Origin: Bacilli bacterium
Lineage (GTDB): Bacteria; Bacillota_I; Bacilli_A; RFN20; CAG-826
Assembly (NCBI GenBank): GCA_045226015.1
Contig: JBGVBY010000004.1
Coordinates: 20,329 to 84,328, forward strand
Reading direction: 5' to 3'
DNA: 64,000 bases
A program made the translations under genes and the position numbers. The notes beneath the pieces are model-generated. The model worked only from the letters and a program-made list of their open reading frames with translations, was not told the DNA's origin and made no database searches. How positions within the stretch are numbered: position 1 is the first letter of the stretch; every line of letters begins with the position of its first letter. Positions 10,577 through 18,313 of this stretch are shown here, piece by piece.

Positions 10577-11215
10577 TTATTTACTTTCTAAAAATGCTTT
10601 TCTATTTTGATAGACATAAATAACACCACTAATAAATGAAACTAATGTAGCGGCGTACACCAAGAATGATGTCACAGTTAAATATGGATATGGGTTATTT
10701 GGATACATATAGTGGAATGGGAAATCGTTAAGCAAAACACAAGCGATAGCAACCATTTGTAGGACAGTTTTTAACTTACCAAATATATTAGCGGCAATAA
10801 CCACTCCCTTTTGAGCAGCAATAAATCTTAAAGCGTCAACAACTGTATCTCTAGCAACCATAATAATGACGCACCAAATAGAAATATAGATAGTTTGTTC
10901 ATGAGCGTATAAAGAGGCTTCTCTACATGCTAAGAAGATAAGCATTGTGCTCACCAAAAGTTTATCTGCAACAGGATCTAAAAATTTCCCTAAATCAGTA
11001 ACTTGATTGTTTTTTCTAGCAAGCTTTCCATCTAAATGATCGGTGTAGCTAGCAATCACGAAAAACACGAAAATTACTAAAAATATCAAGTTTATGCGTG
11101 TATTTCCGAGAAGAGGAGTATTAAGTTCTGGATAAAACGAAAGAACAAATAGTGTGATAATCAACATCACAGTAGCAATGATTCTAGCGAATGTAATTTT
11201 TGTTGGAAGATTCAT
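10577..11215 (-). CDS. pgsA: CDP-diacylglycerol--glycerol-3-phosphate 3-phosphatidyltransferase
   Basis: DHLDGKLARKNNQVTDLGKFLDPVADK CDP-alcohol phosphotransferase motif. Confidence 0.95.
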   Translation of the reverse strand: MNLPTKITFARIIATVMLIITLFVLSFYPELNTPLLGNTRINLIFLVIFVFFVIASYTDHLDGKLARKNNQVTDLGKFLDPVADKLLVSTMLIFLACREASLYAHEQTIYISIWCVIIMVARDTVVDALRFIAAQKGVVIAANIFGKLKTVLQMVAIACVLLNDFPFHYMYPNNPYPYLTVTSFLVYAATLVSFISGVIYVYQNRKAFLESK

Positions 11216-11240
11216 AATTTCCTCTTTTCTTTTAGTGAGT

Positions 11241-11581
11241 CCTCGATCCTATAAGCCATGTTTTGTCTAGGATGATAATTTATCTAAGATTGCTCTTACT
11301 TGAATCGATTCAATTCTCTATCAAGTCTCCCCTACCAAATTTGGGTTTCTCACTTACGGGGTTTACCGCGTTCCACCTTATTCTTTCAAATAAGCTACGT
11401 CACTGTGGCACTTTCAGGAATTCTACCATGGATTGCTCTTTAGGTTAAATTCCGCCGTCACGTACTCCTACGTGCCTAGTGTTATTTTTTTCACTAGCGT
11501 AATCACTACAACCATCGCAGGCTGTATGAGCATGGACTTTCCTCTAACTAACTAGTAGTCAGCAATCATCCAGATCGAAGG
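11241..11581 (-). ncRNA. rnpB: RNase P RNA, bacterial type B
   Basis: Minus strand carries GAGGAAAGTCCATGC, AAAGTGCCACAG, GGTAAACCCC and ACAAAACATGGCTTAT; termini pair (P1); downstream of gpsB as in Bacilli. Confidence 0.95.
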
Positions 11582-11582
11582 T

Positions 11583-11939
11583 TTATTTAATTTCATCGGG
11601 ATTCATATTTAATTTTTCATAAATTATCTTCTCCAACTTCCCGATGCGTAGAAGAAGTTCGTAGTTATCAATATGGATGTTTTTATGGTCTTTGGAAATA
11701 TATTTCCATTTGTCCTTTTCGTTTTCTAATTCTGACCTAAGTTTAGCGTTCTCTTCTTTCAATGTTTTAACTTGTTCTAGTAAAGAGTTGTCAGAAATAG
11801 ACAAACTTTTTTCAAACGCTTCATAGTCACGAATAATCTTATCTAAATATTCATCAACCTCTAATGGGTTATATCCATTTACAGAAGTTGAGAACTTTTT
11901 ATTAAGTAATTCATCACTAGAGCAATTCAATTTATCCAT
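11583..11939 (-). CDS. gpsB: GpsB/DivIVA-domain protein
   Basis: KKFSTSVNGYNPLEVDEYLDKII N-terminal domain and NYELLLRIGKLEK C-terminal motif. Confidence 0.88.
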   Translation of the reverse strand: MDKLNCSSDELLNKKFSTSVNGYNPLEVDEYLDKIIRDYEAFEKSLSISDNSLLEQVKTLKEENAKLRSELENEKDKWKYISKDHKNIHIDNYELLLRIGKLEKIIYEKLNMNPDEIK

Positions 11940-12025
11940 ATCATTAATATTATGAATGAAAAAAGTTTATTTTTCATTAAAAAAATAAAAAAGTTTATAG
12001 ATATAAAAAAGTAAAATTTCTAACC

Positions 12026-12064
12026 AAAAAAATCGCGTTTTCTTCCTATTTAAATAATGAGGGG
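12026..12064 (+). promoter_or_regulatory. Shared 39-bp motif, copy 3
   Basis: AAAAAAATCGCGTTTTCTTCCTATTTAAATAATGAGGGG. Confidence 0.7.
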
Positions 12065-12195
12065 GCAAATATTGTTCCTTCTTCCAAAGGTCATGACTAG
12101 CAATCATGATTTGAGGAGTTTTCTTTGATAATTTCTTTTGTACTCAAGGCATGAATGCTAAGTCGTGTCTTTTGGAAAGTAGAGAGGAGGTGATG
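12059..12195 (+). ncRNA. Structured 5' leader of the small-peptide mRNA (two hairpins, then SD)
   Basis: 10-bp hairpin at 12059-12081. Long hairpin 12082-12115/12143-12177 with 31 pairs, three of them G-U that work only on the + strand. SD GAGGAGGTGA follows. Confidence 0.6.
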
Positions 12196-12201
12196 TAGAC
12201 A

Positions 12202-12273
12202 ATGGATTATCTAAGTCTAGTCTTAATCCTATTATGTATTTTCTTCTACATAATAAAAGATCACCGTAGATAG
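12202..12273 (+). CDS. 23-aa hydrophobic peptide MDYLSLVLILLCIFFYIIKDHRR, candidate type I toxin
   Basis: Near-perfect SD (GGAGGTGA at 12186-12193) 8 nt before the ATG; single hydrophobic helix with a charged C-terminus; too short for the ORF track. Confidence 0.65.
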   Translation: MDYLSLVLILLCIFFYIIKDHRR

Positions 12274-12280
12274 GTGACCT
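12252..12280 (-). terminator. Minus-strand intrinsic terminator overlapping the 3' end of the peptide ORF (candidate antitoxin 3' end)
   Basis: AGGTCACC-TATCTAC-GGTGATCT-TTTATT. The stem has a G-U pair on the minus strand but an A-C mismatch on the plus strand. Confidence 0.5.
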
Positions 12281-12408
12281 TACCTACTAATAAAGTAAAT
12301 TATCTGAGGATAGATTTCAATAGAAAGTTATTTTGACAATCAAAATTAAGTTAATACATATTATATATTCTTGAAAAGAAATACCTATGACTATAAACTA
12401 GTCATGAT

Positions 12409-13134
12409 ATGAAAAAAGTATTAAAAGCGTTTAAGGGTCATAAATATCTATGCTTCATGGATTTTGAAGGAACTCAATATTCTCATGAAATGATCGCCTA
12501 TGGAGCTGTGCTTGTAACCATTGATAAAAACGGCCACATTGTTAAAAGAAAACATCCTATAAAAAGATATGTTCGCGCTAAAAACGCAATTGGTAAATTT
12601 GTTGAAGGATTAACCGGCATTACTCAAACAGACTTAAATAAGTTTGGCATTACTTTTAGTGAAGGGATGAAAGAACTTAAGAAATATTGTGGATTAACAT
12701 TTAAAAAATGTTCATTCATCACTTTTGGAAATCATGACATGAGAATCTTGTCTCAATCAATGTCATATAACTTAGATAGCCCAAAAGAGTTGTGTGGAAT
12801 TATTAAAAGCAACTTTGTTGATTTCCAGGCCATTATCTCAGAATTCATAAAAGATGATAAAGGAAATGTCATGTCATTAGCGCACTACCTACAAACATTT
12901 GGAATCGAGTTTGATGGAGAGGCGCACGATCCAGAATATGACGCTATTAATCTAGCGAATTTATATGACGCTTTTATCACAAATAAAGAAGTTGTGCTAA
13001 ATGAATATCTTAAAAACCTTAAGAAATCTTCATTCCATCCAACTCCAATCGATAAAGTTGTTAAAAAATTACTTAATAACGAACCTATTACTCCTGAAGA
13101 ATTTATCACATATTTAAAAGACTATATTGCCTAA
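12409..13134 (+). CDS. DEDDh 3'-5' exonuclease (KapD/ERI-1-like)
   Basis: ExoI DFEGT, LTGITQ, ExoII FGNHD, ExoIII HDPEYDA. Confidence 0.8.
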   Translation: MKKVLKAFKGHKYLCFMDFEGTQYSHEMIAYGAVLVTIDKNGHIVKRKHPIKRYVRAKNAIGKFVEGLTGITQTDLNKFGITFSEGMKELKKYCGLTFKKCSFITFGNHDMRILSQSMSYNLDSPKELCGIIKSNFVDFQAIISEFIKDDKGNVMSLAHYLQTFGIEFDGEAHDPEYDAINLANLYDAFITNKEVVLNEYLKNLKKSSFHPTPIDKVVKKLLNNEPITPEEFITYLKDYIA

Positions 13135-13135
13135 G

Positions 13136-13723
13136 ATGAAATATCCAAACGGACAAGAATATAAACCAAATACATGTAGGAAGTCTCATAAAAGCAAAGC
13201 TGAGATATCTTTAAGTTCCGCTAATAGAGGGATGAATCTTGAAAGCGAAATTAACCTTTCAAACGCATATTACAAAGATAAAGATATTTGTCTAATTACC
13301 AAGAGACCAACTCCTATCAATATTGTTAAAGTTGATTATTCAAAAGGTGCTAAAATCACTCATGCATACTTCGAAGAACAATCCACTACCGACTATAACG
13401 GAGTGTACCGTTCTCGTTATATCGATTTTGAAGCAAAAAACACAAAGAACAAAACTTCCTTCCCATTAAGTAATATCACTCCAAATCAAATTGATCACTT
13501 AAAGAGAGTTATAGCGCACGGAGGAATCGCCTTTTTCATCGTAAGTTTTGAAAGTTTGAATAAGGTTTATTTGTTAGACGCTCAATATGTTATCGATTTT
13601 TATGAAAATGGGGAAAGAAAATCCATTCCAGTAGATTGCTTTAATGAAAATGGAATAGAAATAAAACAAGGGTTCAATCCTCGTTTAGATTATATAGACG
13701 CTGTTAATAAGAAATATTTCTAA
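13136..13723 (+). CDS. recU: Holliday junction resolvase RecU
   Basis: NRGMNLE, KRPTP, STTDYNGVY, DFEAKNT. Confidence 0.95.
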   Translation: MKYPNGQEYKPNTCRKSHKSKAEISLSSANRGMNLESEINLSNAYYKDKDICLITKRPTPINIVKVDYSKGAKITHAYFEEQSTTDYNGVYRSRYIDFEAKNTKNKTSFPLSNITPNQIDHLKRVIAHGGIAFFIVSFESLNKVYLLDAQYVIDFYENGERKSIPVDCFNENGIEIKQGFNPRLDYIDAVNKKYF

Positions 13724-14343
13724 TATTTACAAATATCTCTAAGAGCACATTCACTACATCTAGGTGACTTCGCTGTACAGAAATATCTTCCAAAGTGAAT
13801 TAGTTGATGATGAGTCTTAATCCAATTAGATTCAGGAATCAACTTTTTTAATTTTCTTTCTATATCGATAGGTTCGTCCTTTTTAGAAGCAATTCCTAAT
13901 CGATTTGAAATTCTAATGATATGGGTGTCCACAGGTAAATCAGGGATTTTAAACACTTCAATTCTTATAACTCCTGCGGATTTATTACCAATTCCAGGAA
14001 GGGTTTGTAATAAGTCTTTATCACTTGGTAATTTACCATCAAAATCATTAATGATTTTATGAGTAATGCCTTTAATGTTTTTAGCCTTATTTTTATATAA
14101 ACCTAACGACTTGATATGTTCTTCAATATCGTCTAACGAAGCATTATCAATGCTCTTTAATGTTGGATAATCAGAAAATAGTTTTTTAGTTACTTCGTTT
14201 ACTGCTTTATCAGTTGTTTGAGCGCTTAGCATTACCGCGATTACTAGTTCATAGTCTTGAGAATAAAAAAGTTCACATTTTGCATTTGGAAAAAGTGAGT
14301 CGACATAATTAGAGATTACTTGCATTTTCTCTACATTAATCAT
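13720..14343 (-). CDS. nth: Endonuclease III
   Basis: LSAQTTD, HhH LPGIGNK, PVDTH, and C-terminal CxxxxxxCxxCxxxxxC. Confidence 0.95.
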   Translation of the reverse strand: MINVEKMQVISNYVDSLFPNAKCELFYSQDYELVIAVMLSAQTTDKAVNEVTKKLFSDYPTLKSIDNASLDDIEEHIKSLGLYKNKAKNIKGITHKIINDFDGKLPSDKDLLQTLPGIGNKSAGVIRIEVFKIPDLPVDTHIIRISNRLGIASKKDEPIDIERKLKKLIPESNWIKTHHQLIHFGRYFCTAKSPRCSECALRDICKY

Positions 14344-14983
14344 CTTTTTTAACCCAAGGTATTTTAGCAATTCTAATGGTTTCTTCTAAGTTTTTATCCC
14401 ATTCATTTGATAACGGAGTGTGACCTTCGTTTTCTAAATCATCTCTTTGAGACCAAGTAAGAAGAATCTTATCGACACTTCTAAGAGTCTTCTTTCCTCT
14501 AGAAAGAGCTTCCTTAAGTGCATCGATAATGAGTTTATCGCTATAGCCGTAGCTTATCCATTCGTGAATCTTACTGATTTCTACAGGGGATAAGGCTCTA
14601 TTAAGAAGCTTTTCAAAGTTTGAATAGACGTTTTCAAGTTCTTCACTAATACGTTTAGAACTCTTTTCCTCTTCTTCTTTAGATAAAGAAAGTTGGAATT
14701 CACGATAGAGCTTCATTTTTAATGGCTCTAAAGTAGCGATGGTTTTTTTACCAACGGTTTTATATTCAAACATTCCTTTAGTGATGAGTTTAGCAAGGAT
14801 TTTATCTAATTCTTTAATGTCTAAAGACATTTTTAATGACAATAAATCAGTGGTAATAAATGGATTGCCTTGTCCGATTAAATGATCGATAACAAAAATA
14901 GTAGCAACTTCATTTTCATTTAGTTTGAGTTTCTTATAATTCTCAATTAATAAGTATCTAAAATCAATCGCTTCACTAATCAT
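14336..14983 (-). CDS. dnaD: DnaD-domain replication protein
   Basis: LLIENYKKLKLNENE, FEKLLNRALSPVE, VDKILLTW; upstream of nth as in Bacilli. Confidence 0.88.
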   Translation of the reverse strand: MISEAIDFRYLLIENYKKLKLNENEVATIFVIDHLIGQGNPFITTDLLSLKMSLDIKELDKILAKLITKGMFEYKTVGKKTIATLEPLKMKLYREFQLSLSKEEEEKSSKRISEELENVYSNFEKLLNRALSPVEISKIHEWISYGYSDKLIIDALKEALSRGKKTLRSVDKILLTWSQRDDLENEGHTPLSNEWDKNLEETIRIAKIPWVKKDD

Positions 14984-15032
14984 GGTATAAATACTTTATC
15001 ACTACAATTTATTTGTATCTACAAATATTGAA

Positions 15033-15674
15033 CTAATTTTGTTTCATCAAATCTAGTAGTTCTATTTGATGACTACTTTTATTAATTTCTTGTTTAATCT
15101 TGTCAGAGTTTAATTTTGATAATAAGTGAAGATTCTCTTTAAGTGTTTTGCTTAAGTTTTCTTCAATTTCAAAACCAGTCTCTAATTTAAATCGATATAT
15201 TCTTATAATTCTTAATGGGTCTTCTTTAATTCTAGTTAAAGGATCGCCAATCATTTTAATGATTCGGTTGGATAAATCGTTTTGTCCACCCACTAAATCA
15301 ATAACATTTAAATCTTTGTCCATATATAAAGCGTTTATAGTTATATCTCTACGCTTCACATCTTCTTCTAACGACTTAGTAAATGTAACTTTATTAGGAT
15401 GACGAGAATCAATATACCCGTCTTCTTTTCTTAATGTGGTTATATCAAACTTCACCCCTAAGACATTAACTTTAACACTTCCGTATTTTTCAAAAGTGTA
15501 ATCACCAACTAAAAAAGGTTTAAGTTCATCAGGTGTTGCTTCTGTAACAACATCCATGTCATCCAATTCTTTGTTTAACAAATAATCTCTAACCGTTCCT
15601 CCTACTAGATATAAAGAGTAATGGTGTCTAGAGAACAGATCTGCTAAATTTTGGAACGCCTTTATTTTATCCAT
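15033..15674 (-). CDS. cca: Class II tRNA nucleotidyltransferase (CCA-adding), catalytic core only
   Basis: VGGTVRD..DMD, RRDITINA and EDPLRIIR motifs; only 213 aa. Confidence 0.8.
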   Translation of the reverse strand: MDKIKAFQNLADLFSRHHYSLYLVGGTVRDYLLNKELDDMDVVTEATPDELKPFLVGDYTFEKYGSVKVNVLGVKFDITTLRKEDGYIDSRHPNKVTFTKSLEEDVKRRDITINALYMDKDLNVIDLVGGQNDLSNRIIKMIGDPLTRIKEDPLRIIRIYRFKLETGFEIEENLSKTLKENLHLLSKLNSDKIKQEINKSSHQIELLDLMKQN

Positions 15675-15704
15675 ACACTTATTTTATTAGATTTAATCGT
15701 AAAC

Positions 15705-15725
15705 AAAAAGACCTTGATAGGTCTA
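15705..15725 (-). terminator. Intrinsic terminator of the HU gene
   Basis: AGACCT-ATCA-AGGTCT-TTTT. Confidence 0.55.
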
Positions 15726-15731
15726 TTTGTA

Positions 15732-16019
15732 TTAGTCTTCGTTTAAGCGAGCTTTGAATTCTTTCGCTAAATGAATTGTGACTGTATTTTTTGGTTTGAT
15801 TTGAATGGCGGTGTGTTTTTTAGGATGGGTTCCTTTTCTACCTGATTTGGTTTTTGGTTCAAACACACAGAAATTCTTAATATTGACGCTTTGTCCATCA
15901 AGAAGTGAATCTTGAATTAATTCAAATGTCGCATCGATGACATTTTTCGCGTCAGCTTTTGAAACATGAGTTGCTTCTGCAACAATCTCAATGATTTCGT
16001 TCTTGTTGAGTTTCTCCAT
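15732..16019 (-). CDS. hup: HU-family DNA-binding protein
   Basis: NKNEIIEIVAE, VNIKNFCVF and RKGTHPK arm; a divergent HU. Confidence 0.85.
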   Translation of the reverse strand: MEKLNKNEIIEIVAEATHVSKADAKNVIDATFELIQDSLLDGQSVNIKNFCVFEPKTKSGRKGTHPKKHTAIQIKPKNTVTIHLAKEFKARLNED

Positions 16020-16076
16020 TATAATTCTCTCCTCTTCTTATTTTGGTATTATATCATTTTTTGGTTAAAGTATTCT

Positions 16077-17405
16077 CTATTTTTTACTGTCATCACTTTT
16101 AGAATGTCGTTTAAGGGAAAATTTGATTGGAGTGCCATCAAAATTAAAGGTATCTCTTAATCTATTTTCTAAATATCTTTGATATGAGAAATGCATAAAA
16201 TTAGGATCATTAACCACTAGGGTTATTGTAGGAGGACAAGTTAAAACTTGTGTTCCATAATAAATCTTAAGTCTACCTCCGTTAAAGTCTGGAGCTTGAT
16301 TCATCACTTGTGCTTCTTGAAGAACATCATTTAATACGGATGTTTTAATACGTGTATGATACGCTTCATGCACCATCACTAATGCATCAAATAGGGTATC
16401 AATTCTTTTTCTAGTTAAGGCACTTAAATACACAACAGGAGCGTAGTCTAAGAATTTGTATTCTTTTCTAATCTCTTTAGTAAATGAAGACATTGTATTT
16501 GTGTCCTTATCCACTAAATCCCATTTATTAACAACAATGATAATTGCTTTATGTAAATCAGTCGCGTATTGAATAACATGCTTATCCTGTTCAAGAATTC
16601 CTTCTTTACCATCAATAACAAGAAGAACAATCTCACTTCTTTCAATAGCTTTAAGTGCTCTAATAGCAGAGTATTTATCTATCGCTTCGTAGATCTTTCC
16701 TCTTTTCTTAAGTCCAGCAGTGTCAATAACAACATAATCCACTCCGTCTTTTCTAAAAGGAGTGTCTATAGAATCTCTAGTAGTTCCAGAGATATCACTA
16801 ACGATAACTCTTTCTTGAGAAAGAATCGCATTAGTCAGAGAAGATTTACCAACATTAGGTCTACCAATTAAAGAGAAGGTTATGACTTCGTCATTCGTCT
16901 CTTCTTTTTCATCTTTGATTTTATCAACAATGCGATTAAGTATTTCTCCAATACCCACTCCGTGAGCACCACTAACAGGGATAGGTTCTCCTAATCCTAA
17001 TGAATAGAACTCAGCAGCGTTACTTGCTTGAATACCTTCGTCAATTTTATTAACTGCTAAAATTATTGGTTTTTTGACTTTTCTAAGAATCTTACTCACC
17101 ATGATGTCATCACTAGTGACACCTACTTTTCCATCAGTCACAAAAATAATGATGTCTGCTTCATCAATAGCGATATTAGCTTGCATCCTTATTTGTTCTT
17201 GGAATGGACGGTTTTCCATCTCAATTCCACCAGTATCAATTAAAGTAAATGTTTTCTTAAGCCAACTTGCAGTAGCGTATAGTCTATCTCGAGTTATACC
17301 TGCCTCATCATCGACAATTGCGCGTCTATCTCCAACAATACGATTAAAAATCGTTGATTTACCAACGTTAGGAGATCCCACAATTGCAACGACTGTTCTA
17401 GGCAT
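16077..17405 (-). CDS. der: Ribosome biogenesis GTPase Der
   Basis: Two G domains (GSPNVGKS, GRPNVGKS) and a KH-like C-terminus. Confidence 0.97.
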   Translation of the reverse strand: MPRTVVAIVGSPNVGKSTIFNRIVGDRRAIVDDEAGITRDRLYATASWLKKTFTLIDTGGIEMENRPFQEQIRMQANIAIDEADIIIFVTDGKVGVTSDDIMVSKILRKVKKPIILAVNKIDEGIQASNAAEFYSLGLGEPIPVSGAHGVGIGEILNRIVDKIKDEKEETNDEVITFSLIGRPNVGKSSLTNAILSQERVIVSDISGTTRDSIDTPFRKDGVDYVVIDTAGLKKRGKIYEAIDKYSAIRALKAIERSEIVLLVIDGKEGILEQDKHVIQYATDLHKAIIIVVNKWDLVDKDTNTMSSFTKEIRKEYKFLDYAPVVYLSALTRKRIDTLFDALVMVHEAYHTRIKTSVLNDVLQEAQVMNQAPDFNGGRLKIYYGTQVLTCPPTITLVVNDPNFMHFSYQRYLENRLRDTFNFDGTPIKFSLKRHSKSDDSKK

Positions 17406-18072
17406 TTTCTTTTTCTTTCAATTTACGATTGATAATATCAATAATCGCATTCACCACTTCTTCAACTGTCATGAATGAAGTATCTAAAGTAATAGCGTCA
17501 GGAGCACATTTAAGAGGTGCGAAATCTCTATGGGAATCGATGTAGTCTCTTTTTCTTACATCGTTTTCAATTTCTTCTAAAGTACAAGGAATTCCTTTAG
17601 CGATGTTTTCGTCATAACGACGAACCGCGCGAGTTTCTACAGAGGCAATTTGGAAGATTTTTACATCAGCATCTGGAAGGACATAAGTGCCAATATCTCT
17701 ACCATCCATAATCACTGAATGTTTAGCAGCCATCTTTCTTTGTTGTTCCACTAAGAAAAGACGAATGTCTTTATAAGAGGCAATATAACTGACGTTACCG
17801 CTAACACGTGGTTCTCTGATTTCTCTAGTAATATCGATATCGTTACATAAAACGATTCCACTTGGTCTAAGTTTGATTGTTACTTCAGGAATTAACGCTA
17901 CACAAGCAGCTTCATTTTGACAATCAACACCTTTTTCCATCGCGTACCAAGTAAAAGCACGGTACATCGCTCCAGTATCAATATAGGTATAGCCTAAAAT
18001 CTCTGCTATCTTCTTAGCGACTGTACTTTTTCCAGCAGCAGCTGGACCATCAATTGCGATACTAATTTTCAT
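17398..18072 (-). CDS. cmk: Cytidylate kinase
   Basis: IDGPAAAGKST, IDTGAMYR, MDGRDIGT. Confidence 0.97.
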   Translation of the reverse strand: MKISIAIDGPAAAGKSTVAKKIAEILGYTYIDTGAMYRAFTWYAMEKGVDCQNEAACVALIPEVTIKLRPSGIVLCNDIDITREIREPRVSGNVSYIASYKDIRLFLVEQQRKMAAKHSVIMDGRDIGTYVLPDADVKIFQIASVETRAVRRYDENIAKGIPCTLEEIENDVRKRDYIDSHRDFAPLKCAPDAITLDTSFMTVEEVVNAIIDIINRKLKEKENA

Positions 18073-18084
18073 AAGAAATCACCT

Positions 18085-18312
18085 CTAAAAAACTTTTATT
18101 CCAAATACGATTAATAAAATTAAAATGACGACAACTATCGATAACAAGAAAACATTAACAACTGTATTTTTGTGTTGCATCTCTAGATATAATTGCATTT
18201 CACTAGATATATTTTCTTGATTTTTTGGGGACTTAAAAGACTTGCTCTTCTTTCCCTCTTTTGAGATTGAATCGCGGTAATCTTTAAATTTATCAACGCG
18301 AGACTCTTTCAT
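18085..18312 (-). CDS. Small hypothetical protein with a C-terminal TM helix
   Basis: Fills the lysS-cmk gap in the same orientation; basic N-terminus and hydrophobic tail. Confidence 0.65.
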   Translation of the reverse strand: MKESRVDKFKDYRDSISKEGKKSKSFKSPKNQENISSEMQLYLEMQHKNTVVNVFLLSIVVVILILLIVFGIKVF

Positions 18313-18313
18313 A

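Noticed and set aside
11263-11448. 61-aa + strand ORF
   Set aside because: Antisense to the RNase P RNA; spurious.
11959-12012. AAAAAAGTTTAT direct repeats upstream of motif copy 3
   Set aside because: Low complexity in very AT-rich DNA, with irregular spacing.
10068-12064. The two near-identical 39-bp motif copies as inverted repeats bounding an invertible cinA-pgsA-rnpB-gpsB segment
   Set aside because: There is no recombinase in the window, the enclosed genes are core and in conserved order, and a third copy at 2176-2214 fits a regulatory motif better.
12059-12195. The long hairpin as 6S or SRP RNA
   Set aside because: It lacks the SRP domain IV CAGG-GRAA-AGCA motif and a 6S-like central bubble with closing stem, and it leads directly into an SD and ORF.
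12091-12407. 10-nt complementarity between TCATGACTAG (12091-12100) and CTAGTCATGA (12398-12407)
   Set aside because: Short and partly palindromic, and each site already has a local pairing partner; cannot be distinguished from chance.
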